Source: an uncultured Gammaproteobacteria bacterium
GTDB lineage: Bacteria > Pseudomonadota > Gammaproteobacteria > CAWCPV01
Assembly (NCBI GenBank): GCA_963797555.1
Contig: CAWCPV010000007.1
Coordinates: 32,001-96,000 of the forward strand
DNA length: 64,000 nucleotides
Direction: 5' to 3'
Position numbers and translations under genes: made by a program. The notes under the pieces were generated by a model, which was not told where the DNA came from, did not search any database, and saw only the letters and a list, made by a program, of their open reading frames with translations. Of this stretch, positions 16,817-29,400 are shown piece by piece (the first letter of the stretch is position 1; each line of letters opens with the position of its first letter).

Positions 16817-19800
16817 ATGGTGAACCTATCGCCCTCCATGACCCCCGGGCTCCTGGTCTACGTGTGGCTGCTCTGGGCGCTCCCGGCCGCGCCGGCGGCG
16901 GGAGCCGAGGCGGCTCCATTGAAGGTCGTCGAGGTCACGGAGCGCAGCTTCGACGGCGGCCCGGCCGCTCGCGGTGATCTTCTCGGAGGAGCTGGACCCC
17001 AAACGGCGCTATGACGATCTCCTCGCCGTGAGCGGGGCCGCGGGGCAAGCCGTCGCCGGGGCCTGGGTGGTCGGGGACAACCCGCGCATTCTGTATTTCC
17101 CCAATGTCCAGCCGGACACCACCTACACCGTGCTGGTACGAGGCGGAGTCACTGCCTCGAGCGGCAGCGTGCTCCCGAGCAGCGTGGAGCGGCAGGTCAA
17201 GACCCGCCCCATCCAGCCCTCCTTCGGCTTCGCCAGCCAGGGCTCGGTGCTTCCCGCGAGACTGACCGAGGGGCTGCCCATCATCACCATCAACGTCCCG
17301 GCCGTGGACATCGAGTTCCTCAAGGTGCGCAGCGACCGCCTGGGCGCCTTCGTTCGCGATTTCCGCCAGTCGCCCACGCAAGGCTACTACGAGCTGGACC
17401 GCATGCGTGCCTACTCGGACAGCGTCTACATGGCGCGCTTCAACACCAACGCCGCTCCCAACAAACGCAGCGTGACCAATATCGCGGTGGAGGACGTCAA
17501 GGAGCTGCAGGCGCCCGGACTGTACGTGGCCATCATGCACGAGCCCGGGCGCTTCGAATCGAATTACAAGACCTCGTTCTTCTTCGTGAGCGACATCGGA
17601 CTGCAGGCCCGCCGTTACTCGCACGGGATGGACGTCTATGCCGCCTCGTTGGCCAAGGGTACGCCCCTGCCCGACGTGAAACTGGCGGTCTACGACGAGA
17701 AGAACCGGCCGTCTCAACCGCTCTACACCGACGCCGACGGCCACGCGCACTTCAGCCTCCTGCCCGACCAACCGGTGCTGCTCACGGCCGAGCGCGAAGG
17801 GCACGTCTCCTTCGTGCCCTTCAACCGGCCCGCGCTGGACCTCTCCGAGTTCGAGGTCGCCGGCCGCACCAACCAGGCGGTGGATCTCTTCGTCTACGGC
17901 CCACGCGATATCTATCGGCCGGGCGAGACGGTGGATGTCGCCGCCCTGCTGCGTGACCAGGACGGGCGCGCGCTGCCTGCGCAGCCGCTCACCGCGAAGC
18001 TCAAGCAGCCGGACGGCCGGATCATCGCGTCGTTCGGCTGGCCGCCGCAAGCGCTCGGTTTCTACAGCGCCAGCCTGCCCCTCCTGGCGGACGCGCCGAC
18101 CGGGACCTGGACCCTGGAGGTGCGCGCCGACCCGGCAGCCAAGCTGCCCACGGCGCTCTACAGCTTCGGCGTGGAGGACTTCCTGCCGGAGCGGCTGAAA
18201 CTGGACCTGGAGGCTCCGGCAGAGGCGCTGCGCAAGGGGCAGGCATTGCGGATTCAGGTCACGGGCGCGTACCTGTACGGATCTCCGGCGGCCGGCAACC
18301 GCGTGACCGCCGTAGCCACCATACGCCGCAACCCCCATCCCGTCGCCAGCCTGCCGGACTTTTTCTTCGGGAGCGCGGACGATGACGAGAAGGTGGTCCG
18401 GCACGACCTGCCCGAGATGAAGCTGGACGGGCAGGGCAAGGGACTGATCCAATTCGTGCCCTTGGAAACCGAGCCCGCCTCGCCGATGGCGGTGAAAGTG
18501 GCCGCGAGCCTGTATGAGTTCGGCGGGCGGCCGGTGACCCGTTCCATCGAAAGGACGGTGTGGCCCGCCGACGCCCTCGTCGGTATCCGCCCCCTGTTCG
18601 ATCCGGACAAGGCGGCCTCCGACACCCGCCTCGAGTTCGAGCTGGTGAAGGCGGACCCGGACGGCCACCGCCTCGCGGGCCGGAGCCTCGCCGTGCGATT
18701 GGTCCGCGAGGACCGGGACTATTACTGGGAGTACGCCGACGATCGCGGCTGGGTGAGCCGCTACAGCGAGGTGAGCTACCCGGTGTACGAAGACACTCTG
18801 AGCCTGGCGGCCGGCGGCACGGTCAAGATGGGTGCCGACGTGAAGTACGGTCAGTACCGGCTGGAGGTGCAGGATCCGGATACCGGGCTGACCAGCAAGT
18901 TCCGCTTTCATGCGGGTTACTGGTATGTGGCGGGCGAGGAACAGAAGCCCACCGCGAAGCCCGACCGCGTGGAGCTGCGCCTGGACAAGGCCGCCTACCG
19001 GCCGGGTGAGGTCGCCAAGGTCACGGTGGTGCCGCCCAACGCGGGCGATGCGCTGGTCACCGTGGAGAGCGATCACCTGCTGTGGTCCACGCGGCGGGCG
19101 GTCGAGGCCAAGGGCGCGCTGTTCGAGATCCCCATCGCATCCGACTGGAACCGTCACGACCTGTACGTGAGCGCCGTGGTGCTGCGGCCCGCCACGGTCG
19201 AGAACAAGATGACGCCGAACCGGGCGATGGGTGTGCTGCACCTGCCCATCGACCGCGGCGACCGGAAGCTCGCCCTCTCGCTGCAGGCCCCGGGCAAAGT
19301 CCAGCCCGAGCGCCCGCTGGAGGTCAAGCTCACGGTCGACGGACTGAAAGGGCAGCCGGCCTACGTCACCCTCGCCGCCGTGGACGTAGGGGTGCTCAGC
19401 GTCACCGACTTCGCGACGCCCGACCCCTTCGCGTACTTCTTCGCGCGCCGCCGCTACGGCGTCGATGTCTACGATCTCTATGGACAGGTCATCGAGCGGA
19501 TGGCCGGCGCGCAGGCCACCCGGCGCTTCGGCGGCGACAACGAGACGCGCCGGGCGGCCGGGAAAGCGCCTCCCGCCAAGGTCAAGATCGTCGCCCTGTT
19601 CAGCGGGCCGGTGGCCGTCAATGACCGGGGCGAGGCGTCCGTGGCACTGCCTATTCCCGACTTCAACGGGCGCCTGCGCTTGATGGCCGTGGCCTTCAGC
19701 GAAGACCGGTTCGCGGCGGCGCAGTCCGAGGTGACCGTGGCCGCCCCGGTGGTGGCGGAGGTGGCGATGCCCCGATTCCTCGGGGCGGGCGATCGCTCGC

Positions 19801-21651
19801 TGCTCACGCTGGAGCTCCACAACCTGAGCGGGCGCGACCAGAGCCTCGCGGTCGCCCTGTCTGCCGCCGCGCCGCTGGTGCTCTCGGCTGCGCCCCAGAA
19901 CGTGGCCTTGCGCGACCAGCAGAAGACAGTGCTGTCCTTCCCGTTGGAGGGCGGCGAGGGCTTCGGCGTCGGGACCGTGCGGCTGTCGGTCAAGGGCCAG
20001 GGGGTCGGCGTCGAGCGGAGCTGGGAGCTCGGCGTGCGGCCCGCCTATCCCGGCGAGCGGCGCGTGGTCCACGGAAAGATTGAGCCTGGCGGGACTCTCG
20101 AGGTGGACCCCGCCCTCGTGGACGGTCTGATGGCGAGCACGGTGGACGCGAGCGTGCTGGTCTCCAGCACGCCGCCCCTCAACCTGCGCTCGGCCTTGAA
20201 GTATCTGCTCAGGTACCCCTATGGCTGCCTGGAGCAGACGACCAGCAGCGCCTTCCCGCTGCTGTATGTGGATGCCGAGACCGCCCAGCGCCTGGGGGTG
20301 CAGCCGCTGTCGGTGGAGGAGCGCCGCAAGCGCGTGGAGGTGGCCTTCGCCCGTCTGGCCAGCATGCAGCTCGCCAACGGCGGGTTCGGTCTGTGGAGCA
20401 GCGAGAGCCCCGAGGAGACTTGGCTCAGCGCGTATGCCGCGGACTTCCTGCTGGAGGCCCGCGACCAGGGCTTCGACGCCCCTCAGGATTCTGCTGAGGC
20501 GTGCCCTGGACCGTCTGTACCAGCGCCTGCAGTCCCCCGAGCGCCTCTCGGTGCGGGTCAGCGACCAGGGTGACCCGCAGTCGGATTTCGCCGCCAAGGC
20601 GTATGCGGCCTACGTGCTGGCGAGGGTCAACCGGGCGCCGTTGGGGACCTTGCGTACGCTGTACGACCAGCGGCTGAAAGACGCGGGGTCCGCGCTGTCG
20701 CTGGCCCAGCTCGGCGTGGCGCTGACCCTGGCGGGCGACGCTCGGCGCGGGCTGGATGCCGTCCAGCGGGCGCTGCAAGCCCGGCGTGGCGACCGCTACC
20801 TGGATGACTACGGGAGCGACGTGCGCGATACCGCCGCGATCATCCGCCTGCTGAGCCAGTATCGGCTCGACGTGCCCCACGCAGACGACCTGGTGTACAG
20901 GCTGCGCTCCGACTTGGCCAGCCGGCGTTGGCTCAGTACCCAGGAGCAGAATGCCCTGTTCCTGGCCGGGGCGGCCCTCGGGCGCAATGCCGGGCGGGCG
21001 TGGGAGGCCGAGCTGCGCGTGGGCACGGGGCGAGAGGCGCTGAGCGTTCCGGCGACCCTGTCGCGCATGTTCGATGCCGAGCAAGTGGTATCCGGTGTCC
21101 AGCTCGCCTCGCAAGCCGCCTTCCCGCTGTTTTCGGAGGTGGAGGTAACCGGTTATCCGACCAAGCCGCCGAAGGCGGTGCTCGTGCCGGTGCGGGTGGA
21201 GCGAACGCTCTACACCCTGGACGGCGAGGCCGTGCCGGAGCGGCCTCTGACGGCCGGGGAGATGCTGCTGGTCCATATCGCCGTCGTTTCGGAGCAAGAC
21301 ATCGAGCATGCCCTGCTGGTGGACCTGGTGCCGGCCGGCCTCGAGGTCGAGAACCAGAACCTGGCCCACTCCGAGAGCCTGGCGGACTTGGTCGTCGACG
21401 GAGTCAAGGTGGTGGCGAGCATGGGCAACGAGGACATCAAGCACGTCGAGTACCGGGACGACCGCTTCGTGGCCGCGCTGCGCCTGTCGGCCCACAGCGA
21501 GCTGCACCTGTACTATCTGGTGCGGGCGGTAACCCCGGGGACCTATCTGGTGCCGCCCGTCGCGTTCGATGACATGTACAACCCCGAGGTCCGGGCCGTC
21601 GGCATCGCGCCGCCCGCCCTCACCGTGACCAGCCCGTCCGCGGCTCCATGA
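16817..21651 (+). CDS. Bacterial alpha-2-macroglobulin (YfhM-like); +1 frameshifts near 16965 and 20490
   Basis: MG domains (SDIGL, RDIYRPGETV, VEDFLPERL), thioester motif YPYGCLEQ, C-terminal YLVRAVTPG.Y..PP....DMY.P; followed by pbpC. Confidence 0.92.
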
Positions 21652-21678
21652 CGGAATCGGCCGCGGCGGGAGGCGTGA

Positions 21679-21894
21679 GAGCTTGTGAATAAACCGGCTG
21701 CGCGTCCCGATAGCCGCGCTGCCCGGTGTTCATGGCGTACCTCCCTGTACGCCACCCCTTCGGGGCGTCCTGCGGACGTGCCGAATGGCTGTCCTGCCAT
21801 TCGGTCGCTCCTCGCCTATCTACTGGATATGTCTCGTCGCTGCGCTCCGCACGCCCTGCTCTCGGGCCGCTCGCGACGATTTCTTCACAGGCTC
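21679..21894. mobile_element. MITE copy 2 (216 bp) carrying a 75-bp nested insert
   Basis: GAGCTTGTGAA...TTCACAGGCTC flanked by TGA/TGA; equals the reverse complement of copy 1 plus 75 bp. Confidence 0.85.
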
Positions 21895-21897
21895 TGA

Positions 21898-21942
21898 GGG
21901 CTTGTGAATAAACCCGCTGTGCGACGATTGCTTCACAAGCTC
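21898..21942. mobile_element. MITE copy 3 (45-bp internally deleted form, in tandem with copy 2)
   Basis: GGGCTTGTGAATAAA...TTCACAAGCTC flanked by TGA/TGA. Confidence 0.8.
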
Positions 21943-21964
21943 TGAGGGCGGGGGAGGCTGCGCC

Positions 21965-24298
21965 TTGACCCTGCGGCGTCCGGTGGGCAAGGCGTTGCGC
22001 ATCGCCGCGTTCGTCGCGGTGTGCGTCCTGGCCTTGGACCGACTGTTCCCCTTGCCCCTGACTCCCGACCCGGCGCGCTTCAGCACCCTGGTAGTGGCCG
22101 ACGACGGTACGCCCCTGCGGGCGTTCGCGGACGATCGGGGGGTCTGGCGCTATCCGGTGACGCCCGAGCAGGTGTCGCCCCTCTACCTGCAGGCGCTCAT
22201 CAACTACGAGGATCGCTGGTTCTTCTACCACCCCGGGGTGAATCCTTTGGCCTTGGTACGGGCCGCTTGGCAGTGGGTGGCGCAGGGGCGGGTGGTGTCC
22301 GGGGGGTCGACCCTGGCCATGCAGGTGGCGAGCCTGATCGATCCCCACGAGCGCACGGTGGCGGGCAAGCTCAAGCAATGCCTGCGCGCGCTCCAGATCG
22401 AGTGGCACCTCAGCAAGGAGCAGATTCTCGCCCTCTACCTCAATCTGGCGCCGTTCGGGGGGCCGTTGGAGGGCGTGCAGGCGGCAAGCTTCGCCTATCT
22501 GGGTAAGCCGGCTCGCACCCTGAGCCACGCCGAGGCTGCGCTGCTTGCGGTGCTCCCCCAGGCACCGAGCCGGCTACGCCCGGATCGCCATCCGGCGGCC
22601 GCCGAGGAGGCCCGCAACAAGGTACTCCAGCGGCTCGCGGAACACCGCGTGTGGAGCCGGGAGACGGTGCAGGAGGCCGAGATCGAGCCTGTGGCGCAAG
22701 AGTTCCACGCGCAGCCGCTGACCGCCCCGCTCCTCGCCAGGCGCCTCAAGCCCAAGCTGTCCCCGGCGCGTCCCTTCTCCACCACGATCGACGCCGAGAC
22801 GCAGAGGCGCTTGGAGGACCAGCTCGGCCTGTTCACCGCCGACCTCCCGGAGAAGACCTCGGTGGCCATCCTGGTGGTGGAGAACGCGGGGCTTCAGGTG
22901 CGTGCCTACATCGGCTCGGTGGACTTCCGCGACGGCCGCCGCTTCGGGCACGTCGACATGGTGCGGGCCAGGCGCTCGCCAGGCTCCACCCTCAAGCCTT
23001 TCCTGTACGGCTTCGCTCTGGAGGAAGGGCTGGTCCACTCGGAAAGCCTGCTGGTGGATGCACCCCAGTCCTTCGACGGCTACCGCCCCGAGAACTTCGG
23101 TCAGGACTTCTCGGGACCGGTCAGCGTCCGGGAAGCGCTCCAGCGCTCTCTGAATGTGCCGGCCGTCGATCTGCTGGAGCGAATCGAACCCGCCGTGTTC
23201 GTGGCGCGGCTGCGCAACGGCGGGCTGCCCCTGTACCTTCCGCGGGGGGCTGAGCCGAACCTGTCCATCGTCCTGGGCGGTGCGGCGGCCCGGCTGGAGG
23301 ACCTGGTGGCGGCCTATGCATGCCTCGCCAGGCGTGGTCTGTCGGGCAGGCTGCGGTTTACCGGGGATCAGCCCCTGGAGGAGCGTCGCATGCTCTCGGA
23401 GGGAGCGGCCTGGATCGTTCGGGACATCCTGGAAGGCATCCCGCCGCCGGGCCCGGCCTCCGAGGCCGGCAGTGTCGAGCGGCGGCACGTAGCCTGGAAG
23501 ACCGGGACCAGCTATGGCTTCCGTGACGCCTGGGCCATCGGCGTCACGGATGACTACACGGTGGGTGTCTGGGTGGGACGGCCCGACGGCACACCGATGC
23601 CCGGCCAATACGGGGCGATCACCGCTGCGCCGATCCTGTTTCACGTCGTCGACACCCTCCCGGCGCGCCGCGGAGCGAGGACGGCGCGGCCGTCTTCCGT
23701 GCAGCGGGTGCAGGTGTGCTGGCCGCTGGGCATAGCGCCGCGTTCGCCCGAAGATCCGCTGTGCCACGAGCAGCGCACGGCCTGGGCCTTGAACGGGATG
23801 GTGCCGCCCACGCTTCCCGACCGTGCTCAGCAGGGCGACCAGGGTTTGCTCGCGCGCGTGTGGGTGAACCACGCCACGGGGCTCCAGGTCCCCCTGGGCT
23901 GCCCGGTGGGCACTCGGGAGGTGCGGGAGGTCGCGCGCTGGCCGCTCGCCTTGGAGCCGTGGCTGCCCAGCGACATCCTCGCGAAGGCGCGCCTGCCGGA
24001 ACTGGACCCCCGTTGCCGGGTGCCCATCTCCGCGGCGGCCGGCAACGTCAGGATCCGCGGTCTGGAGAGCGTCAGCACGCTGCGCCGGGCGGGCGCAGAC
24101 GGGCCGCCGCCCGCGATCACGCTGACCGCCGTGGGGGGGCAGGGAGATCTCTATTGGCTCGTCAACGGCAAACTGCGCCACCGCACGGCCCCTGACCAGT
24201 CCCTGAGGCTCAGCTTCGCGGAGCCGGGAAGCTACCAGATCACCGCCATGGACCGCACAGGACGGTACGACAGGGTCGACGTGAGGGTGATGCCCTGA
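21965..24298 (+). CDS. pbpC: Penicillin-binding protein 1C
   Basis: EDRWF..HPGVNP, SGGSTL.MQVA, STLK, SLN and KTGT motifs, C-terminal BiPBP domain; adjacent to alpha-2-macroglobulin. Confidence 0.93.
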   Translation: MTLRRPVGKALRIAAFVAVCVLALDRLFPLPLTPDPARFSTLVVADDGTPLRAFADDRGVWRYPVTPEQVSPLYLQALINYEDRWFFYHPGVNPLALVRAAWQWVAQGRVVSGGSTLAMQVASLIDPHERTVAGKLKQCLRALQIEWHLSKEQILALYLNLAPFGGPLEGVQAASFAYLGKPARTLSHAEAALLAVLPQAPSRLRPDRHPAAAEEARNKVLQRLAEHRVWSRETVQEAEIEPVAQEFHAQPLTAPLLARRLKPKLSPARPFSTTIDAETQRRLEDQLGLFTADLPEKTSVAILVVENAGLQVRAYIGSVDFRDGRRFGHVDMVRARRSPGSTLKPFLYGFALEEGLVHSESLLVDAPQSFDGYRPENFGQDFSGPVSVREALQRSLNVPAVDLLERIEPAVFVARLRNGGLPLYLPRGAEPNLSIVLGGAAARLEDLVAAYACLARRGLSGRLRFTGDQPLEERRMLSEGAAWIVRDILEGIPPPGPASEAGSVERRHVAWKTGTSYGFRDAWAIGVTDDYTVGVWVGRPDGTPMPGQYGAITAAPILFHVVDTLPARRGARTARPSSVQRVQVCWPLGIAPRSPEDPLCHEQRTAWALNGMVPPTLPDRAQQGDQGLLARVWVNHATGLQVPLGCPVGTREVREVARWPLALEPWLPSDILAKARLPELDPRCRVPISAAAGNVRIRGLESVSTLRRAGADGPPPAITLTAVGGQGDLYWLVNGKLRHRTAPDQSLRLSFAEPGSYQITAMDRTGRYDRVDVRVMP

Positions 24299-24629
24299 GG
24301 GGTTGCGGGTCTGCTGCCTGCTGCCCGCGAGTGTGGGCATCTCGCAGAGCCTGTCGCTGGGGCGTTCCGCCCCATACCCTTTCGCGGGCTCTGGGTCCGT
24401 GGGCGAGCCTGTGGGCCGCCCGATCGAGGCAAGCGGTGCACCGGGAGGGCGGGCTGCGCGTTGAATATGTACGCCGTGACCCTTGCATACTGCGCTCGCG
24501 CTCGCTATGTTTATGCATGGCACTTCGGTGCCGAGGGAGGCTGAGACGCTAGACGGCAGCGGGCGGGCTGCGTCGTCACCTCAAGTCCGGCGAACTCGCG
24601 GTAGGGTGCTCTGGGGGGCGCGATCGGCG

Positions 24630-26126
24630 ATGACTAGGACTGCGGCACTTGCGCTGTCAGGGGGAATCCTGTTTCTCGTGTGCGTTGGAGCTGCCTACCC
24701 AGGCGCTGCGAGCGTCAGCAGAAACGACCCGTTCCCGACTCCGTCCGAGCTTACCGACGCCGTGCATTTCTGGCGCCAAGTCTTCGGCGTGTGGCGGCGC
24801 AACCAGGTAGCTTTGCACGACGACACCCATCTCAGCCTCGTGTACGAGGTCACGGAAATTCCCAGCGCCGCCGGCGACGGATGGAGTTCGGAACAGAAAG
24901 ACTACGTCCGGCAACGCAAGAGGCTCTTGGAGCAGCAACTGGCAGAGCTGGAGGCCGCCGTCAAGGCTGGCGCAGCGCTGCGGCCCAGCCAGATGCGTCT
25001 GTTGGGCGTGATCACCGGAGCGGCCGGAAAGGCGGCGCTTTACGGAGCGAGCCAGCGGGTGCGCAGTCAGCGGGGTATGCGAGAGCGGTTCCTGCGCGGT
25101 CTCGAGATCAGCGGTCGGTACGATGCCTTGATGCGCGGCGTATTCCGGCAGGCAGGATTGCCCGAGGATCTCGCCTATCTGCCGCACGTGGAGTCTTCGT
25201 TCGTGAGCCACGCCCGCTCGTCGGCCGGGGCGGTGGGGATATGGCAGTTCATGCCGTCCGCGGGTCGGCGCTTCCTGCGCATCAACAACGCGGTGGACGA
25301 ACGCTACGACCCGGTCCTCGCTGCGCGCGGTGCCGCGCGATACCTGGCGCGTGCGTACGAGGAGCTGGGAACTTGGCCGCTCGCAATCACCTCGTACAAT
25401 CACGGGATAGGCGGCATGGTGCGCGCCAAGGAGCGTTTCGGGCCGGATTTCGGCCGCATCGTGCGGGATTACGACGGCCCTGCGTTCGGCTTTTCCTCCC
25501 GGAACTTCTACGCGGAGTTTCTGGCGGTGCGATCGCTCATCGCCGAGGCCGACACCCGCTTCCCTGGGGTGCATCCGGACCCACCGCTGGAGCAACAACG
25601 ACTTCGCTTGACGCGCGCGCTGCCTTCGCACCGGCTGGCCGCGCTGTGCGGCGTCGCGCGGGGTGAGCTGGCCGATCGGAATCCCGCCTGGACGGCCAAG
25701 GCAGTGAGTGGCCGCGTCCCTCTGCCGGCCGGAACCGAGGTCTGGATACCGAAGGATCGGGTCGGCCCCTCGCAAGATCTGCTCGCCTACGCGCAGCCGG
25801 TGGGACACTTGACCGGTGTTGCATCACGGCCGCCGGGCCCTGGGCCGCAGACTGCGGAGGAGGTGGCCATGACCGATGGCGAGGAGGTCTCGCCTGCCGT
25901 GGAGGAGCGCTCGGCCGGGGCGACCGATGGGTTCGTGCGGGTGAGCCTGAGGCACCATGTCGCGCGGAAGCATTCGCTGGCGAGGAGATCTACCAAGGGC
26001 GTCAGAGCCAAGGCGGCGACACGGCGGAAGAGATCCCCGCACGGTTTGCACAAGCATCAGCCGGTTCGTCGGATCGCGGCCCGACCCGCTGTCCGCGCGT
26101 CTGCCTCGTTGGCATGGGACGAATAA
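24630..26126 (+). CDS. Lytic transglycosylase (SLT / MltD-like)
   Basis: LP.DLAYLPHVESSF...ARS.AGA.G.WQFM and W.LAITSYNHG motifs; start position uncertain. Confidence 0.88.
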   Translation: MTRTAALALSGGILFLVCVGAAYPGAASVSRNDPFPTPSELTDAVHFWRQVFGVWRRNQVALHDDTHLSLVYEVTEIPSAAGDGWSSEQKDYVRQRKRLLEQQLAELEAAVKAGAALRPSQMRLLGVITGAAGKAALYGASQRVRSQRGMRERFLRGLEISGRYDALMRGVFRQAGLPEDLAYLPHVESSFVSHARSSAGAVGIWQFMPSAGRRFLRINNAVDERYDPVLAARGAARYLARAYEELGTWPLAITSYNHGIGGMVRAKERFGPDFGRIVRDYDGPAFGFSSRNFYAEFLAVRSLIAEADTRFPGVHPDPPLEQQRLRLTRALPSHRLAALCGVARGELADRNPAWTAKAVSGRVPLPAGTEVWIPKDRVGPSQDLLAYAQPVGHLTGVASRPPGPGPQTAEEVAMTDGEEVSPAVEERSAGATDGFVRVSLRHHVARKHSLARRSTKGVRAKAATRRKRSPHGLHKHQPVRRIAARPAVRASASLAWDE

Positions 26127-26139
26127 TACCGAGCGCTGA

Positions 26140-26249
26140 GAGCTTGTGAATTTTTTCGGCGTAAAGGCCCAAGGCGAGGGTGACAAAGCAGTACAATCAA
26201 TGGCTCGTAGAAACACCTGCGGCCGTAACCTGCATTTTTTCGCAAGCTC
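26140..26249. mobile_element. MITE copy 4 (110 bp, same ends but unrelated AT-richer interior)
   Basis: GAGCTTGTGAA...TTCGCAAGCTC flanked by TGA/TGA. Confidence 0.78.
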
Positions 26250-26469
26250 TGAGGACTCCGACTCGATGATCGAGCGGTCGCGAGCAGCACGGAGTGGCGG
26301 TATGTTGTACAAGGTTGGTGGTCCTCTCTCCAGGAGAGGGTGTGGCTGCGGATGCCGGGCATCGATCCGGTGCGCCTTGAGCATCCCTGTGCGAATGCTT
26401 TCCCCTGGATTGGAGGGGGCCCCTTGACGGTTTGATTAGAACGCACCGGGTCGAGCCCTGACGTTAGCT

Positions 26470-29400
26470 GTGATGCGCCATGTCTGGCGGTCGCTGTTGC
26501 AGAGCTTGAGCATTGGCGGGCTCGCTCTGGCGGTGGTGGCGGGTGCGCTGGTCCTCACGTGGGAATTGCGTACCTGCAACTGGCAGGCGCATTATCTTTC
26601 CCAGCTCGGAAACCAGCTTCGCTTCCAACTCCAGCCTGGACCGAGCGCATCCATCCGTTTCCCGAGCGCCGGGCCTTACGATGTTCGGCTCGGCTACGTG
26701 AGGCTGCCGGAGTTCATCCGGCGTCTGCGCGCCCAGGGCTTCGAGATCACCGCTCAGGCACGCTTCTCGCCCATGCTGACCCGCCTCACCGACCTCGGCC
26801 TGTTCACCATCTACCACGAGAAGACCCAGGCCGGTTTGGAGATCTTGGGTCGCGACAACGAAGTTCTGTTCTCGACCGTCGAGCCGGCTCGCGTCTATCG
26901 CGACTTCAGAGCCATCCCGCCGTTGGTGGTGCGGACGCTGCTGTTCATCGAGAATCGTGAGTTGCTCGACGATCGCTATCCTGAACGGAATCCGGCAGTG
27001 GAGTGGGACCGCTTCGGTCGTGCAGTGTTCGAAGAGGTGGCTCACCGCTTGGGCTCCGGCAACCACGTCCCTGGCGGGAGCACGCTCGCGACGCAGTTGG
27101 AGAAGTACCGGCATTCGCCGGAAGGGCGCACTGGCTCGGTCTTCGAGAAGCTGCGGCAGATGGCCAGCGCAGCCGTGCGTGCCTACCTGGACGGTCCGAA
27201 TACCGCGGACACGCGACGCGACATCGCGGTGGCCTATCTAAACTCCATGCCGTTGTCGGCGGTGCCCGGCTATGGCGAGGTCAACGGTCTGGGCGATGGG
27301 TTGCGGATCTGGTACGGGGCCGATTTCCATGCGGTCAACCGCCTCCTCACGTCGCTCACGGCGGACTCGACGGTTCCGGGAGCCCCCGTCAGCCGAGCGC
27401 AGGCCGCCGCCTACCGCGAGGCGCTCACTCTGATGCTGGCGCAGCGGCGCCCGGCCTACTATCTGCGTAAAGGCCGGGAGGATCTGCAGTCGCTCGCCGA
27501 CAGCTACCTGCGCGCTTTGGCTAGCTCCGGGGTCATCACGTCGGCGCTGTGTGACGCCGCGCTGCGCTCCCCCGTCACTGTGCGCACAGACCCGGTCTCG
27601 GAGCCGTCCTACCCGTACGCCACGCATAAGGCGGAAAGCGTCCTTCGCGCGCGTCTCGCAGGTGCACTGGGCGAGGCCCGGCTGTACGACCTGGATCGCC
27701 TCGACCTGACCGTCAAGAGCACCCTCGATCAGCCGACCCAGCGCGCCATCAGCGAGACTCTGCGCAAACTCAACGACCGCGCCTATGTGCGGGCCTCGGG
27801 TCTGGTCGGCTTGCGTCTCCTGGGAGAGCGGGACGACCTGAGCCGCATCATCTACAGTTTCACCCTTTATGAGCGCGGGGCCACGGGTAATCTGCTGCGC
27901 GTCCAGACCGACAACTACGACCAGCCCCTGGACGTGAACGAGGGGATACGACTCGACCTGGGATCCACCGCCAAGCTGCGCACCCTCGTGCACTACCTGC
28001 AGATCATGGCGGATTTGTATCAGCAATATCGGGGCCAGCCGCCGCAGGCGCTCAAGAAGCTCGACATCCACCACCGCGATCATCTGTCGCGCTGGGTCGT
28101 CGACCAACTCCAGGCCAAACCCGCCATGAGCTTGCGCGAACTCCTCGACGCGGCCCTGCAACGGCGCTATTCCGCCAGCCCCGGGGAAGCGTTCTTCACG
28201 GGCGGCGGTATCCACACCTTCGTCAATTTCGATAAAGCGGACAACCACAGGATTCTGTCCGTGCGCGACGCATTGCAGAACTCGGTCAACCTGGTCTTCA
28301 TCCGGCTGATGCGTGACATCGTCTATCACTATCTGTACAAGCCGGGGGCCATCGGCCGGGAGCTGGCAAGCGGCGGCGACCCACTACGCCGGCAATATCT
28401 GGAGCGTTTCGCGGATGAGGAGGGAAAGGTGTTCCTGCGGCGCTTCTATGCGAAGTATCGCGGCAAGACGCCGGAGGAGATGCTGGCCCTACTGGTCCAA
28501 GGCGTGCACGTGACTCCGTGGCGCCTGGCCACTATCTACCGGTCGCTCTATCCGCAGAGCGATGCCGGGGCACTGTCGGCTTACCTCCGTTCTCAGCGGG
28601 AGACCGCGAAGCTGTCCGACGAGGACATCGAGGAGCTGTACCGTAAGTACTCCCCGCAACGCTTCAACCTGCAGGACCGAGGATATCTGGCCCACATTCA
28701 CCCTTTGGAGCTGTGGCTCGTCGGCTATCTGATCAGGCACCCGCGGGCCGGCCTATCGGAGGCCGTTGCGGCTAGCGGCAGGGAACGCCAGGAAGTTTAC
28801 GCGTGGCTGTTCAAGACGCGGAGGAGGTGGGCCCAAGACAAGCGCATCCAGTCGCTGCTCGAGGTCCAAGCCTTCGCCGATATCCACGCCGCTTGGAAAC
28901 GCCTGGGCTACCCTTTCGAGAGCCTGACTCCTTCTTACGCCTGCGCGATCGGAGCCTCGGGCGACCGCCCTGCGGCCTTGGCCGAGCTCATCGGCATCCT
29001 GCTCAACGACGGCATACGCAACCCCATGGTCCGTTTCGAGAGTGCCCACTTCGCTGCGGGAACTCCATACGAGACCTTGGTAGGGCGGGGGCCGGCACAC
29101 GGTGAACGGGTGCTCCCGACCGAGGTGGCCACGGCGGCCCGCAGCGTACTCGCCCAGGTGGTGGACCATGGTACCGCGGTTCGGCTCAAGGGCGCCTACA
29201 AGAGTCCAGACGGGAAACTGCTCATGGTGGGCGGCAAGACCGGAACAGGGGATCAGCGCCGTGAGATTTTCGGCCCGCGCGGACGCGTGATCGAAACCAA
29301 GGTCTTGAACCGCACCGCCACTTTTGCCTTCATGCTGGGGGAGCGGTTCTTCGGGACGCTCACCGCTTACGTGGGCGGCGCTCCGGCTGCACATTACCAT

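Noticed and set aside
16935-24523. Very long antisense ORFs (16935-20597, 22574-24523 and similar elsewhere)
   Set aside because: Shadow frames of high-GC genes on the opposite strand, with no recognisable motifs.
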